In this document: one piece after another, positions 9,329 through 20,494 of the stretch
How positions within the stretch are numbered: position 1 is the first letter of the stretch
Layout: every line of letters begins with the position of its first letter
Assembly: GCA_965248575.1 (NCBI GenBank)
Contig: CBDFJQ010000002.1
Coordinates: forward strand, 2,976,001 to 3,040,000
Length of the DNA stretch: 64,000 nucleotides
Direction: 5' to 3'
From: Planctomycetota bacterium
GTDB lineage: Bacteria; Planctomycetota; B15-G4
The notes under the pieces: generated by a model
Seen by the model: only the letters and a program-made list of their open reading frames with translations
What the model was told of the DNA's origin: nothing
Database searches by the model: none
Program-made: the position numbers and the translations under genes

Positions 9329-11599
9329 GTGCCTCGTCTCTACCCAACCCTGCTCGCGGCGCTGGCCCTCCTCGGGGGCCTCACACCTGCCTGCTCCGAG
9401 TCCGCCGACGGCACGGCGGCCATGGCGAAGCGCCTGCTGGAGACGGCCGCCAGCACGGACCCCATGGACAATCTCTACCGGAACAGCGAGCAGGTCCGCT
9501 TGCTGAAGGCGCGCCTCGATGCGGCCCCGGGCGGCCAGGCCGCCGGCCAGCTCAAGGTGCGCTACGCGGAGCAGCTGCTGCTCGCGGGCCGGACAGAGGA
9601 CGCCATCGCCGCCTTCGAAGAGATGGCCGAGCGCTTCTCGAGCATGGGCCAGCAGGTCCCGCGGGCCCTCACCAGCGAACTGGATCGCATGCTGATCATG
9701 GCGTACCTGCGCCTCGCGGAAGAGCAGAACTGCCTCGACCACCACAACGCCGAGTCCTGCTTGCTGCCCCTGGCCGGGGGCGGCGTGCACGCTGAACCCA
9801 AGGGCGGGCGAGCTGCCTATCAGAAGCTCACGGCACGCCTGAGCCAGGATGCGGACGACTGGGAAGCACGTTGGTTGATCAACCTGGCCGCCATGACCTT
9901 GGGTAGCTGGCCGGACGGCGTGCCCGAAGCCTGGCGACTGCCCAGCGAAGCCTTCGCCAGCGACCACGACCCCGGACGCTTCCCCGATGTGGCGGCCGCC
10001 GCGGGCGTCGCGGTCCACGGCCAAGCTGGCGGCGTCGTGATGGAGGACCTGGACGGAGACGGGCTGCTCGACCTGCTCGTCTCCTCCTGGGGCCTCACCG
10101 ACCCCTTGCACCTGCTGCGCAATCGAGGCGACGGACGCTTCGAGGACATCAGCAAGGAGGCGGGTCTGGAGGGGCTCACTGGCGGCCTCAACTTGCTCCA
10201 CGCGGACTATGACAACGATGGCGACAACGACGTGCTCGTGTTGCGCGGCGCCTGGTTCGAGAAGGACGGCCAGCACCCCAACTCCCTGCTGCGCAACACC
10301 GGCGACGGGCACTTTGAAGACGTGACCGAGGCGGCAGGGCTGCTCAGCTTCCACCCGACGCAGACCGCGGCCTGGGGCGACTACGACAACGACGGCTGGC
10401 TCGACCTCTTCATCGGCAATGAAACGGGCCCCGTGCAAACGCACCGCAGCGAGCTGTATCGCAATCTCGGCGACGGCCGCTTCGAAGAAGTGTCCGCCGC
10501 ATGCGGCCTCGACATCGAGGTCTACGCCAAGGGCACGGCCTGGGGCGATCTGGACGACGATGGGGACATCGACCTGTTCATTTCCCGCATCGATGGCCCC
10601 AACCTGCTCTACCGCAACGATGGCGCCACGGGCCCCGGCGGCAACTGGCGCTTCCGGGAGATCGGCGAGCAAGCCGGTGTCACCAAGCCCTTCCGCAGCT
10701 TCCCCACATGGCTCTTCGACTACGACAACGACGGGCGGCTCGACCTCTTCGTGAGTGGCTATCGATACAAGTCGGCCGGCTTCGTGGCACAGGGCTACTT
10801 GTCCCGGGCCCAGGAGCGTGCCCCGGGCAGCGTGGCTCCCGATGCCGCCCCACCCAGCGGCAAGGGCGGCAAGCGCAAGAAGGACGTGAAGGGCGTGAAG
10901 GCCAAGCTGTTCCGCAACCTCGGCGGCATGCGCTTCGAAGACGTGAGCGCCCAGGCGAAGCTCGACGAGATCCTGCTCACCATGGGCAGCAACTTCGGCG
11001 ACATCGACAACGATGGCTGGCTCGACCTCTACTGCGCGACGGGCGAACCGGACTACGCCGCGCTCTACCCCAACCGCATGTTCCGCAATGCCGGGGGCCA
11101 GCAGTTCCAGGACGTCACCACCGCCGGCGGATTCGGGCACGCGCAGAAGGGGCACGGCGTGGCTTTCGGCGACCTCGACAACGACGGCGACCAGGACATC
11201 TACGCCGTCATGGGTGGCGCCTACGAAGGGGACGCCTACCCCAACGCGCTCTTCTTGAACCCAGGGCACGGCCAACACTGGCTCAACCTCAAGCTGCAAG
11301 GGGTGCGGTCCAATCGCAGCGCCGTGGGTGCCCGCATCGAGGTGCGGGTCCGGGGCCCCTCGGGCCCTCGCAGCCTCTTCGTGCAGGTGGGAACGGGCGG
11401 CAGCTTCGGTTCCTCCAGCCTCGCACAGGAGATCGGGTTGGGTGACGCCAAAGAGGTGCTGGAGGTCCTCGTGCGCTGGCCCAGCTCCCTGGCCGTCCAG
11501 CGATTTGGACAGATCCCCATGGACGCTGCCCTGCTGCTGGTCGAGGGCGAGACCGAGGCGATCCACCGCGAACGGCCCCAGGTCCCCCTCGGCCCCTGA
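9329..11599 (+). CDS. CRTAC1/ASPIC-UnbV family FG-GAP repeat lipoprotein
   Basis: Lipobox-like LTPAC; many DxDxDGxxD repeats ([27 protein letters not shown]); C-terminal [12 protein letters not shown]...IGLG UnbV domain. Confidence 0.88.
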   Translation: MPRLYPTLLAALALLGGLTPACSESADGTAAMAKRLLETAASTDPMDNLYRNSEQVRLLKARLDAAPGGQAAGQLKVRYAEQLLLAGRTEDAIAAFEEMAERFSSMGQQVPRALTSELDRMLIMAYLRLAEEQNCLDHHNAESCLLPLAGGGVHAEPKGGRAAYQKLTARLSQDADDWEARWLINLAAMTLGSWPDGVPEAWRLPSEAFASDHDPGRFPDVAAAAGVAVHGQAGGVVMEDLDGDGLLDLLVSSWGLTDPLHLLRNRGDGRFEDISKEAGLEGLTGGLNLLHADYDNDGDNDVLVLRGAWFEKDGQHPNSLLRNTGDGHFEDVTEAAGLLSFHPTQTAAWGDYDNDGWLDLFIGNETGPVQTHRSELYRNLGDGRFEEVSAACGLDIEVYAKGTAWGDLDDDGDIDLFISRIDGPNLLYRNDGATGPGGNWRFREIGEQAGVTKPFRSFPTWLFDYDNDGRLDLFVSGYRYKSAGFVAQGYLSRAQERAPGSVAPDAAPPSGKGGKRKKDVKGVKAKLFRNLGGMRFEDVSAQAKLDEILLTMGSNFGDIDNDGWLDLYCATGEPDYAALYPNRMFRNAGGQQFQDVTTAGGFGHAQKGHGVAFGDLDNDGDQDIYAVMGGAYEGDAYPNALFLNPGHGQHWLNLKLQGVRSNRSAVGARIEVRVRGPSGPRSLFVQVGTGGSFGSSSLAQEIGLGDAKEVLEVLVRWPSSLAVQRFGQIPMDAALLLVEGETEAIHRERPQVPLGP

Positions 11600-11843
11600 A
11601 CTCCCTCGTCCGCTACCCCTCCCACCGATCCAGCCCCGCCCCGGCCCGCCCAAGCCGCCCGGCCCGACGGACCCATCAGTCCAAGGCGATCTTCAGCAGT
11701 GAATGGGGCCTGGCTGCGACTCGGGCTGTCGTTGCCCCTGCCGTCATCCGATGGTCTCCTTAGTGGCCAGCGGTCGGGACCGCCGAAATCGATCCCAACC
11801 CCTGCCCTGCTTCCGACCCTCCCCTGAGCCCCAGGAGTTCTGC

Positions 11844-12836
11844 GTGTCTTCGTCTGGCCGCCCCGTCCTGCTCCCGCCCCATGAGCGCCCCCGCCTGATG
11901 GTGCTCATCGATGTGGAGGAGGAGTTCGATTGGGAGGCCCCCTTCGAGCGCCAGAACACCGGTGCCCAGGCGGTGACCGAGCTGGGACTCGGCTTGGACA
12001 CGCTGTCGGAGCTGGGCGTGGTTCCTGTCGGCGTCATGAGCTACCCCGTCGTGGCGAACGAGACCTCGGCCAGCATCCTGCGTGAGTTCGTGACGTCGGG
12101 GCGCCTGCAGCCGGGCGCTCATCTTCACCCCTGGGTCTGCCCGCCCTTCGAAGAGGTGGTCTCCGGGCCGCTCTCCTTCCCCGGAAATCTCCCGCCCGAA
12201 CTCGAGGAGCGGAAGCTGCGGGAACTCGGCGCCGCCATCGAGGCAGCGGTGGGCGTGGCCCCGCGGGTCTACCAGGCCGGGCGCTATGGCATCGGGCGCA
12301 ACAGCTATGCGCTGCTGGAGAAGGCCGGCTACCTGGTCGACATGAGTTGCAGCCCGCCCTTCGACTATCGCTCGGAGGGTGGTCCCGACTTCTCCGCCGC
12401 TCGCTGTGGCCCGAGCTGGGTGCGCCGCGAGCTGTTGGAGATCCCGGTGACCGGGGCCTTTGTCGGTTTCCTCGGCGAGGGAAGCGCCACGGCCTTCCGC
12501 CTGGCGACCCGCCCCCTGCTCTCAGCCCTGCGCCTACCCGGCGTCCTGGCTCGCCTGCGTGCGGCCGAGCGCCTGCGCCTCTCCCCCGAAGGCCATGGCC
12601 TCGCCGACATGCAGCGACTGACCCGCGCCCTGCTCGCGCGCGGCGAACGCGTCTTCACGCTGAGCTTTCACTCACCCTCGCTCGCCCCCGGCTACACGAG
12701 TTACGTGCGCACCCCCGCCCAACGTGATGAGTTCGTAGCGCGCTTGCGTGCTTACATCGAGTGGTTCCAAGCTGAACTCGACGGGCGCGCCACGACTCCT
12801 CTCGAGCTCCACGCCCAGCTGACGGAAGACCCGTGA
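11844..12836 (+). CDS. Polysaccharide deacetylase family protein (WalW-like)
   Basis: IDVEEEFDW, GAHLHPWVCPPF, YQAGRYG and LSFHSPSL motifs; GTG start after a CAGGAG RBS. Confidence 0.8.
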   Translation: MSSSGRPVLLPPHERPRLMVLIDVEEEFDWEAPFERQNTGAQAVTELGLGLDTLSELGVVPVGVMSYPVVANETSASILREFVTSGRLQPGAHLHPWVCPPFEEVVSGPLSFPGNLPPELEERKLRELGAAIEAAVGVAPRVYQAGRYGIGRNSYALLEKAGYLVDMSCSPPFDYRSEGGPDFSAARCGPSWVRRELLEIPVTGAFVGFLGEGSATAFRLATRPLLSALRLPGVLARLRAAERLRLSPEGHGLADMQRLTRALLARGERVFTLSFHSPSLAPGYTSYVRTPAQRDEFVARLRAYIEWFQAELDGRATTPLELHAQLTEDP

Positions 12837-14668
12837 ACATCCTCGGCATCTCTCCCCTCGACAAGGACGCCACGGTCTGCCTGGTGCAAGACGGCCGCGT
12901 GCTCTTCGCGGCTGCGGAAGAACGCTTCAGCCGCGTCAAGCAACACGCTGGCTTCCCCGAGCGGGCACTGGCCGCCGCCCTGCAGGCCACGGGTCTCGCC
13001 GCCAGCGACATCGATGCGGTGGCCTACCCCTTCCTGGATGCGGCTTCGGAAGCCCGACTCATGGAGGACGCCCTCGCCGCCGAGAGCGAGGAGCTTCGGC
13101 AGCGACCTACCCGCAATCCCTCAGCGGCGCTGGCGGCGGCGGCCCTGCGGATCCCCGTGCGGCGCAGCCCCATCCACGGCTTGAGCAGCCCGGACCAGCG
13201 CATGGAGAAGGGTGCCCTCAAGCGCCTTGCCTACCAGGCCCTCGGTGCCACGCCAAGGTTCTCCATGCGCGCGGCCCGGCGAGCCTCCCAGCGCTGGCTG
13301 AGCCAAGCGCGGGAAGACCACCGCGCGTGGCAGACAGAACTCGAGCAGGGTCTCGAGCGGCTGGGCATCCAGGCACCCTTGAAGCGCAGCGAACACCACA
13401 TCAGTCATGCGGCCAACGCCTACCTCGCCAGTGGCTTCGACCGGGCCCTGGTCGTCACCCTGGATGGCTACGGCAGCGGTCTGGCAGGCTCCGTCAGCTT
13501 GGGGGAGGGCGGCCAGCTGAAACGACTGCACGGCCTGCGCTTCCCGTATTCTCTGGGCAGCTTCTACGAGATGGTTACGAGCTCGCTGGGGTATCACCCG
13601 GATCGACACGCGGGCAAGATCGTCGGCCTCGCCGCCTATGGCGATCCGCAGTTGCTGTCCGAGGTCTTGCTGGAGCGCTTCGATCTCTCCGACGGCGACC
13701 TCAAGCTGCAGGAGTCACTCAACGTCTACTTCTCGCGCCACCTGGCGGCGCGCTTCCCCATGGTGGACGTGGCGGCCGCCTGGCAACACGTGCTCGAAGT
13801 CGCCGCTCGTTCCGTGGTCTCCCACTGGATGAAGGAGACCGGCGCGGACGCCCTCGTGCTCTCGGGCGGCGTCGCCGCCAACGTGAAGATGAACCAACGA
13901 CTGCACGAGCTCGACTCGGTGCAACGCATCTTCATCTACCCCAACATGGGGGACGGCGGTTGCGGCACCGGCCTGGCCATGCACCTGTCCTGGCCCGGCG
14001 GCTCGCCTGAGACCTTCCCCACGGCCTACCTCGGCCCCGAGTTCACAGCGGCCCAGATGCGCAGCGCCCTTGATGAGGCCCAGCTGGCCTACTCAGAACC
14101 GGCAGAGCTGGCAGCAGAAGTGGCGCAGCGGGTGCACGGCGGCCAGGTCGTGGCGCGCTTCGACGGACGCATGGAGTACGGCCCGCGCTCCCTGGGCAAC
14201 CGATCCATCCTCTACCACGCCCGCGAAGCCTCCGTGAACCAGTGGCTCAACCGCCGCCTGGGTCGCACGGAGTTCATGCCCTTTGCCCCAGTCACGCTCT
14301 GGGAAAAGCGCGGCCAGTGCTACGAAGGACTGGCCGGCGCTGAACACACTGCAGAGTTCATGACCATCACCTTCGATTGCACGGAGTGGATGAAGACGAA
14401 CTGCCCCGCGGCCGTACACGTGGACGGAACCGCTCGCCCACAGTTACTCAAGCGCGAGATGAACCCGGGCTACTACGACATCCTGGCCGAGTACGAGAAG
14501 CTCTCGGGCAACCCCTGCCTGATCAACACCAGCTTCAACATGCACGAAGAACCCATCGTGTGCTCTCCGCAGGATGCCATCCGCGCCTTCCTGCTTGGTC
14601 GCGTGGACGCCCTCGTCCTGGGACCCTTCCTGGTGGAACACCCCGAGCGAGACGGGCGCGACAGCTAG
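12833..14668 (+). CDS. O-carbamoyltransferase (NodU/CmcH family)
   Basis: AAAEERFSRVK, EHHISHAANAY, GKIVGLAAYG, LSGGVAANVK, MEYGPRSLGNRSIL, VHVDGTARPQ and NTSFNMHEEPIV; 4-bp overlap with the upstream gene. Confidence 0.95.
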   Translation: MNILGISPLDKDATVCLVQDGRVLFAAAEERFSRVKQHAGFPERALAAALQATGLAASDIDAVAYPFLDAASEARLMEDALAAESEELRQRPTRNPSAALAAAALRIPVRRSPIHGLSSPDQRMEKGALKRLAYQALGATPRFSMRAARRASQRWLSQAREDHRAWQTELEQGLERLGIQAPLKRSEHHISHAANAYLASGFDRALVVTLDGYGSGLAGSVSLGEGGQLKRLHGLRFPYSLGSFYEMVTSSLGYHPDRHAGKIVGLAAYGDPQLLSEVLLERFDLSDGDLKLQESLNVYFSRHLAARFPMVDVAAAWQHVLEVAARSVVSHWMKETGADALVLSGGVAANVKMNQRLHELDSVQRIFIYPNMGDGGCGTGLAMHLSWPGGSPETFPTAYLGPEFTAAQMRSALDEAQLAYSEPAELAAEVAQRVHGGQVVARFDGRMEYGPRSLGNRSILYHAREASVNQWLNRRLGRTEFMPFAPVTLWEKRGQCYEGLAGAEHTAEFMTITFDCTEWMKTNCPAAVHVDGTARPQLLKREMNPGYYDILAEYEKLSGNPCLINTSFNMHEEPIVCSPQDAIRAFLLGRVDALVLGPFLVEHPERDGRDS

Positions 14669-14746
14669 CCCCTCGTGCATTGCCAGGTACGCCGCCTCGC
14701 GCATGGCTTGCGTGCGCTCGGGATCGGAGAAGCACCCGTTTGCCCG

Positions 14747-15715
14747 TCAGTCCGCGGGGCCGTTGGCCGCAGGGCGATCCGCCGGTGGCGCAGGCCTTCG
14801 CGGGAGCACGAAACCGTGGGCGCCCGCCAAGAGCCGCACCATCTGCTTGTCGAAGTGACCCCGCTGCACATAGGTGCGCACGTAATCCAGGAAATCCAGC
14901 GGAAGGATCAGCCCGTAGTACAGGAGCCAGAGGCCACGCAAGGAAAGTTCGCCCTGGCCCAACCAAGGCAGCGGTTCCAGAACGAGGTCGCCCACGCTGG
15001 CCAGCACGAGCAGCAGCAGACCGACGTCGAAGTTCGTCGCCAGGGAGCGCAGGGTGACGCGGTCGAAGCGCAGGCGAAAGACCGCAGGGGCCGCCTGGCC
15101 TTCCGGCTCTTCATCGATGGGTTCAGGCTCGCGCTCGGGTTCGACCTCCGGCTCCGCCTGCGTCTTGCGGCTGGCCTCGGGCACGTACTGCGCGTATGGC
15201 CTGTCGCCCGAGAAGCGGCGCCCGAACACCGAGCCCACGAAGACGATGCTGGGCAGCCCGAAGAACAACTTCAGCCACAGGGTCGAGACAGCGGCCGTCA
15301 CCCCAGCCACCAGCAGGATCACATGGCCGAATTCGAGCCAGGCCGCAAAGCCGATGCTCACGAAGCAGACGGGCTTCACGATGAAGTGGAAGATGTACTC
15401 GTAGTAGCCCCAACGCGCGTGTTCGATGCGCAGCCAGCGGGCCACTTCACCATCCACGCAATCGAGGATGTAGTAGAGCAGCAACAGCAGGGCTCCCACC
15501 AAGGCCACGCCCTGGGAAGCGAACTGCATGCTGGAGCCCACGACACCCGTCACGAGCATGCCCACCGTCGCCACGCTAGGGCTCCAGCCCCTGTCGATCA
15601 GCAGTTTGGTGAACGGCAGCGAGGCCTTGTCGCCGAAGAGCAGGCCGGCGACATCGTTGCCATCGGCCACCGGCCGTTGGCACACCCGCCGAAGCTCCTC
15701 GAAGCGAACTCCCAT
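14747..15715 (-). CDS. CDP-alcohol phosphatidyltransferase family membrane protein
   Basis: LDCVDGEVAR first half of the motif; the second half is variant (WGYYEYIFH); several TM helices. Confidence 0.75.
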   Translation of the reverse strand: MGVRFEELRRVCQRPVADGNDVAGLLFGDKASLPFTKLLIDRGWSPSVATVGMLVTGVVGSSMQFASQGVALVGALLLLLYYILDCVDGEVARWLRIEHARWGYYEYIFHFIVKPVCFVSIGFAAWLEFGHVILLVAGVTAAVSTLWLKLFFGLPSIVFVGSVFGRRFSGDRPYAQYVPEASRKTQAEPEVEPEREPEPIDEEPEGQAAPAVFRLRFDRVTLRSLATNFDVGLLLLVLASVGDLVLEPLPWLGQGELSLRGLWLLYYGLILPLDFLDYVRTYVQRGHFDKQMVRLLAGAHGFVLPRRPAPPADRPAANGPAD

Positions 15716-15848
15716 CGATCTCGACCCTTTCTAGGTAGAGGACGTATCCCGGAGCCTCATTGCAGTTCCGGTCAGCCCGTTGGGCTTGCGGATCACAATA
15801 TCCAACGACAAAGCCCGGGGCGACTTCTCCCCTCGGCAGTTCAGCCCC

Positions 15849-17294
15849 TCAGCTCAAGAGCCAAGACGTCTCAAAAACACTCGGCGCGAGTCGATGGGTG
15901 CGCCCGTCCTCTTCCACCTTGAGGCAGCGCTTCACGGCGAAGTCGAAGAGCAAGGGGTTGGCGTCATACACCGCATTGCAGAGCTCCCGTTCCCGGGGCG
16001 TCAGATATCCCTCTCGAACCAGCTTCCAGGTGCTGATGAGCGGGTTGATGGCGGGCAGCGGATAGTCGCTCCCATTCAGGAAGCGGTGGTGCAGATGCCC
16101 CGCCTTGAGCATGGCCCGCAGGGGGGCCTCGCAGCGATTGATCTGGGTGATGGCCGAGAGGTCGGCGAACAGCAGCCGCTCGTACCGAGCCTCATTCATC
16201 AGACGCAGGAGCAGGCGCCAGGAGGACTTCCGCGGCCGCGTGCCACCCGGAGCAGGTGGGCTTGAAGCGGCGGGTGGCAGCTCGGGCTGGACGACTTCCT
16301 GTGACGTCGCCGGGGCCTCACCAGGCACAGCTTCGGCAGCCAGGGCTTCCGACTCGCCAGCATCCTTGAGACCCCAAGGGGCTGGCGCCTGGCCCGTGGG
16401 CCGGGGAAGGAGCGGCGCATCCAGGTCCTCGTCGTCGCCCAAGCTCGCCCCATGGGCCACGATCACCTTCACACCGGCATCCAGAGGGCGCCGCAACAGA
16501 AGCGGGTTGCCAAAGCCCTGCTCGTGCCCCGCCATGGCCGCCTCTTCCCCGGCGTGTGTCAGCAACGGAAGCCCCAGATGGGCGAGGCGTTCGTAGAAGG
16601 CGTCGCACTCCGGCGAAGAAGGATTGATGCCCTGAACGCTCGGCAGCCATTTCACCAGGCGCGCCCCTGCGGCATGGGCGACATCCAGGCGCTGCACGGC
16701 ATCGCGCCGGTAGGGATGGATGGAAACGCCCGCCTCGAACTCCGGGTGCTCGCGTGCCAGCGACAACACGTACTCGTTGGGCGTGAAGAAGGGGACCTGA
16801 CCGATGCGCACATGCCCCCCGACCTCGACCACCTCATCGAGCGCCAGCAGCAGCATGCGACCGTCGGGGTTCGCGCCGCGCTGCAGGGCCAACAGCCGCT
16901 CGACGTACGCGCGATCCAGGTCGCCGGGAGCGGCATCCGCCACACCGGTCGCCGCCAGGTAGATGTCGTATCGGAAGCGTTCCACGAGGTTCAGGTGGTT
17001 GCGAACGGATTCTGACACCCGGCAGCCGGTCCCCTGGCCCATGCGAGGCACCTCGCCGAGAACACCCCCACCCAACGCGGCGCTCGTTTCGCCGGTGCCG
17101 ATGAGATGGGCATGCATGTCCCACATCTGCCGCCGGTCGAGCCCTGCAAACAGGCCTTCGACGAACTGTGCCGCCTCACCCTCCAGGGGGCGCGGCGCGG
17201 GCACCCTCAACGCGTGTGGCACGGCGTAGCGCGCCGCGATCAGCGCTGCGGACGACAGCCCGGCCACTTGCAGGAGTCGGCGCCGACTCAACAT
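15849..17294 (-). CDS. Amidohydrolase_2 family protein with Tat-like signal
   Basis: SRRRLL N-terminus; DMHAHLIG, SIHPYR, VKWLP, LLTHAG, IVAHGAS and NGSDYP motifs; ~60-aa Pro/Ala-rich insertion. Confidence 0.82.
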   Translation of the reverse strand: MLSRRRLLQVAGLSSAALIAARYAVPHALRVPAPRPLEGEAAQFVEGLFAGLDRRQMWDMHAHLIGTGETSAALGGGVLGEVPRMGQGTGCRVSESVRNHLNLVERFRYDIYLAATGVADAAPGDLDRAYVERLLALQRGANPDGRMLLLALDEVVEVGGHVRIGQVPFFTPNEYVLSLAREHPEFEAGVSIHPYRRDAVQRLDVAHAAGARLVKWLPSVQGINPSSPECDAFYERLAHLGLPLLTHAGEEAAMAGHEQGFGNPLLLRRPLDAGVKVIVAHGASLGDDEDLDAPLLPRPTGQAPAPWGLKDAGESEALAAEAVPGEAPATSQEVVQPELPPAASSPPAPGGTRPRKSSWRLLLRLMNEARYERLLFADLSAITQINRCEAPLRAMLKAGHLHHRFLNGSDYPLPAINPLISTWKLVREGYLTPRERELCNAVYDANPLLFDFAVKRCLKVEEDGRTHRLAPSVFETSWLLS

Positions 17295-17549
17295 CCGTGG
17301 TCCGCCTCATGCGCTGGAAGCACCGCCGTGCTGCAAGACTTTGCTCGGGTCGTCGTGGCCATGGAGCCCATCATGCGTCGCCCTCTACCAAGGTGAAAGG
17401 ACGGAGACGGTGCGGCGCCATGGACAAGATGACTCCTTCCTTTATCGTAGACGGGTTCCAGCGGCCCTCGGGATGCCCGATCGGGACACAGCCGCGTCGA
17501 TGCGATCTCTCAGCTGTTTCCCCGACTCCGACCCTCCCACGAGACCTCG

Positions 17550-18884
17550 ATGCGCCCGCAGGCCCGCTACAAGCTCGGCATCCTGCTCGGCACACTCGTG
17601 ATCCTAGGGGGTGTCCTGCTCGGCACCCATGCGGGCCGGTCGCTGCTCAGGACGCTCGCGGGTCGACGTTCGTGGGCTGTTCCAGACGAACTACCGCGCT
17701 TGCTGCACGTCGGCGGCGGAAAGTCGGCCCGTGTCTGGTCCGCCGAGATGATCGCCGACACGCGCGCGCGCTTGCTGCCGACGGATGCACCCGAGCCCTT
17801 CGACATCATCTACTCCCTGTGGCCCGACGAGGAAACCTCCTACAGCCTGCGCCCCATCCTGCGTGACCATGTCAGCAAGCACTGGGACCCCATCGCCCTG
17901 GATCGACCGTACCCGAACAACAAGTACAGCCTGCGCTGGCCGGAACACGAAGACGGCAAGATCCGGCTCGTGACGAATGAATACAGCATGCGTCGCGACA
18001 ACGCCGTGCCCCAGGAGAAGACCGGACAGCGGGTGCTTGTCATCGGCGACAGCCACACCTACGGGCTGGTGAACAACGACGAGTCCTATCCCAGCCTGCT
18101 TCAAGCGCAGCTGCAGGCCGGGCCGGGCCCCTGGAATGCGCCCGCCGTCGCCTTCCCCCCCGCTTCAAGCGACAGCCAGCTCGCCGAAGCCAATCAGGCC
18201 CCTGCGGTCTCCCCGCCGGAGGTCTTCAACGTCGGCGTCAGCAGCACGGGCCCCTTCGAATTCATTGGTTCCTATCTGCGCTTCCAGGAGATCCAACCGG
18301 ACGTGGTGGTCTGTGCGCTCTTCACCGGAAACGATTTCGCAAACGTCATGCCCTTCTTGAACCACTTCCTCGGGCGCAAGCCCACCCGTTGGTTTAACCA
18401 TCGCGAGCGACTTCGGAACGCCGAAGTGCGCAGGACGTTCCTCAGCCCCGTCGCTCAGGGATTCAGCCAAGCCCACCGATTCAACCATCAGTTCGGCGAG
18501 GCAGAGAGCGCTCTCGACACCGCGGTGGCATGCTTCCTGGAACTCCAGCGCCTGACGAGCCAGCGCAACGTCACGCTGATCGCAGCGATCCTGCCCACCA
18601 AGGTCGACGTCGAGTCGAACGACGACCGGGAACAGACCGACGCGATCCTGGCAGCTCTGGAACTCACGCGCGAGCAGTACGACATCAACCGGAAGCTCGC
18701 GGAGCGCTTTGCCGAGCTGCTCCGGGAGCAGGGCGTCCACGTCGTGGAACTCCAAGCGAGCATGCAGGCGGAGACCACGCCGCTCTTCTGGCGCAAGGAC
18801 TACCACCTGAACGTGGACGGCCACGCGTTTGTGGCCCGAGCCTTGCTCGAGTCGGTGGGGTCAGCGCTCGAAGAGCTGCGCTAG
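17550..18884 (+). CDS. SGNH/GDSL hydrolase family protein (AlgJ/AlgX-like), membrane anchored
   Basis: N-terminal TM helix; block I VLVIGDSHTYG, block II NVGVSS, block III FTGND, block V DYHLNVDGH. Confidence 0.8.
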   Translation: MRPQARYKLGILLGTLVILGGVLLGTHAGRSLLRTLAGRRSWAVPDELPRLLHVGGGKSARVWSAEMIADTRARLLPTDAPEPFDIIYSLWPDEETSYSLRPILRDHVSKHWDPIALDRPYPNNKYSLRWPEHEDGKIRLVTNEYSMRRDNAVPQEKTGQRVLVIGDSHTYGLVNNDESYPSLLQAQLQAGPGPWNAPAVAFPPASSDSQLAEANQAPAVSPPEVFNVGVSSTGPFEFIGSYLRFQEIQPDVVVCALFTGNDFANVMPFLNHFLGRKPTRWFNHRERLRNAEVRRTFLSPVAQGFSQAHRFNHQFGEAESALDTAVACFLELQRLTSQRNVTLIAAILPTKVDVESNDDREQTDAILAALELTREQYDINRKLAERFAELLREQGVHVVELQASMQAETTPLFWRKDYHLNVDGHAFVARALLESVGSALEELR

Positions 18885-18893
18885 CAGCGCGTC

Positions 18894-20432
18894 TCAGTAG
18901 GCCTGGGAGAAGATGACTTCCTCGTCGCAGGGTTCGCCGGAGAGGATGCAGGGTCCGTTGCTGCCGTCCTGATCGAAGGGGATGCAGCGCACGGTGGCCT
19001 TGGTGTCGTCCTTGACCTTCTGCTCCATGGCCCTGTCGGGCTTGAAGAAGCAGCGCACGAAGCCGCCCTCGGTCTTCAGGATCTCCTTCAGCTCGTCGTA
19101 GCTCGTGGCGCGACGGATGTTGGCGATCTGGAAAGCGCGGGCCTTCTCCAGCAGCGCGGCTTGGGCGGCGTCGAGGATGCCGCGCAGCCATTCGGGCGTG
19201 GCCATGGCGAAGTCCAGGAACTCCTTCTCGCGGTCCACGCGCCGCTTGAGCACGAAGGTCTGCTTCTCCACGTCCCGGGGGCCCACCTCGATCCGGAAGG
19301 GCACGCCCCGCTGCTCCCAGTGGTACTGCTTGTCACCGGGCCGCACCGAACGCCAGTCCACGATCACCTTCTGGTGGGTGTTCTTGTCGAAAAAGTAGTT
19401 CTTCACGCCGCCCGGGGCGAGGCGATTCTCAGCTGCCGCGACCTCGGTCTCGCCCACCAGCTGCGTGACCAGGGTCTCGATGGCCGCAGCCACCTGGGCC
19501 TTGTCCTCGTCCTTGCGGAAGATGGGGATGATGGCCAGCACGATGGGCGCCACCTTGGGCGGCAGCACCAAACCCTCGTCGTCACTGTGCGCCATGATCA
19601 GCGCGCCGATCAGACGCGTGGACACGCCCCAGCTCGTCGTCCACGCCAGGTGCTGCTTGTTGTCGCGCCCCAGGTAGTCGATGTCGAAGGCCTTCGAGAA
19701 GTTCTGGCCCAGGTTGTGGCTCGTGCCGCACTGCAGCGCCTTGCCGTCCTGCATCATGCCTTCGATGGTGTAGGTCTCGTTGGCACCGGGGAAGCGCTCG
19801 AAGGGTGTCTTGCGACCCTTGACCACCGGCAGTGCCAGGGACTCTTCCACGAAGTCGGCGTAGACGTCGAGCATGCGCAGGGTCTCCTCCTGTGCCTCGT
19901 CCGCCGTCTCATGGGCCGTGTGGCCTTCTTGCCACAGGAACTCCGCCGTGCGCAGGAACAAGCGCGTGCGCATCTCCCAGCGCATGATGTTCGCCCATTG
20001 ATTGATGAGCACGGGCAGGTCGCGGTAGCTCTGGACCCACTGGCTGTACATGTGGCCGATGATGGTCTCGGAGGTGGGCCGCACGATGAGCGGCTCCTCC
20101 AGCTTGCCCGCGGGCTTCAGGCCCCCCGCGCCATCCTTCTCGAGCTTGCTGTGCGTCACGACGGCGCACTCCATGGCAAAGCCCTCGACGTGCTGGGCCT
20201 CCTTGGCCAGGAAACTCTGGGGGATCAGCAGGGGGAAGTAGGCGTTGACGTGCCCCGTCTCCTTGAAGCGCGCGTCGAGGTCCTTCTGGATCGCCTCCCA
20301 GACCGCGAAGCCCTCCGGACGGATGACCATGCACCCACGGACCGGACTGTGGTCCGCCAGCTCACCGGCTTTGATGACGTCGAGGTACCACTGGGCGTAG
20401 TCCTCGCTGCGGGGCTTGATGTTGCGGGCCAT
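18894..20432 (-). CDS. proS: Proline--tRNA ligase (eukaryote/archaea-like type)
   Basis: WYLDVI..GCMVIRP, VRPTSET, QWANIMRWEMRTRLFLRTAEFLWQEGHT, GTSHNLGQNF, SWGVSTR and C-terminal FSQAY. Confidence 0.97.
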   Translation of the reverse strand: MARNIKPRSEDYAQWYLDVIKAGELADHSPVRGCMVIRPEGFAVWEAIQKDLDARFKETGHVNAYFPLLIPQSFLAKEAQHVEGFAMECAVVTHSKLEKDGAGGLKPAGKLEEPLIVRPTSETIIGHMYSQWVQSYRDLPVLINQWANIMRWEMRTRLFLRTAEFLWQEGHTAHETADEAQEETLRMLDVYADFVEESLALPVVKGRKTPFERFPGANETYTIEGMMQDGKALQCGTSHNLGQNFSKAFDIDYLGRDNKQHLAWTTSWGVSTRLIGALIMAHSDDEGLVLPPKVAPIVLAIIPIFRKDEDKAQVAAAIETLVTQLVGETEVAAAENRLAPGGVKNYFFDKNTHQKVIVDWRSVRPGDKQYHWEQRGVPFRIEVGPRDVEKQTFVLKRRVDREKEFLDFAMATPEWLRGILDAAQAALLEKARAFQIANIRRATSYDELKEILKTEGGFVRCFFKPDRAMEQKVKDDTKATVRCIPFDQDGSNGPCILSGEPCDEEVIFSQAY

Positions 20433-20466
20433 GGGTCTGGGGTCCTTACGGGATCTTCATGGGTGG

Positions 20467-20494
20467 CGTCACTCGCCGTCACTCGCCGTCACTC
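20467..20494. repeat. 10-bp tandem repeat (CGTCACTCGC x2.8) in the proS leader
   Basis: CGTCACTCGC CGTCACTCGC CGTCACTC, 35-62 nt upstream of the proS start. Confidence 0.8.
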
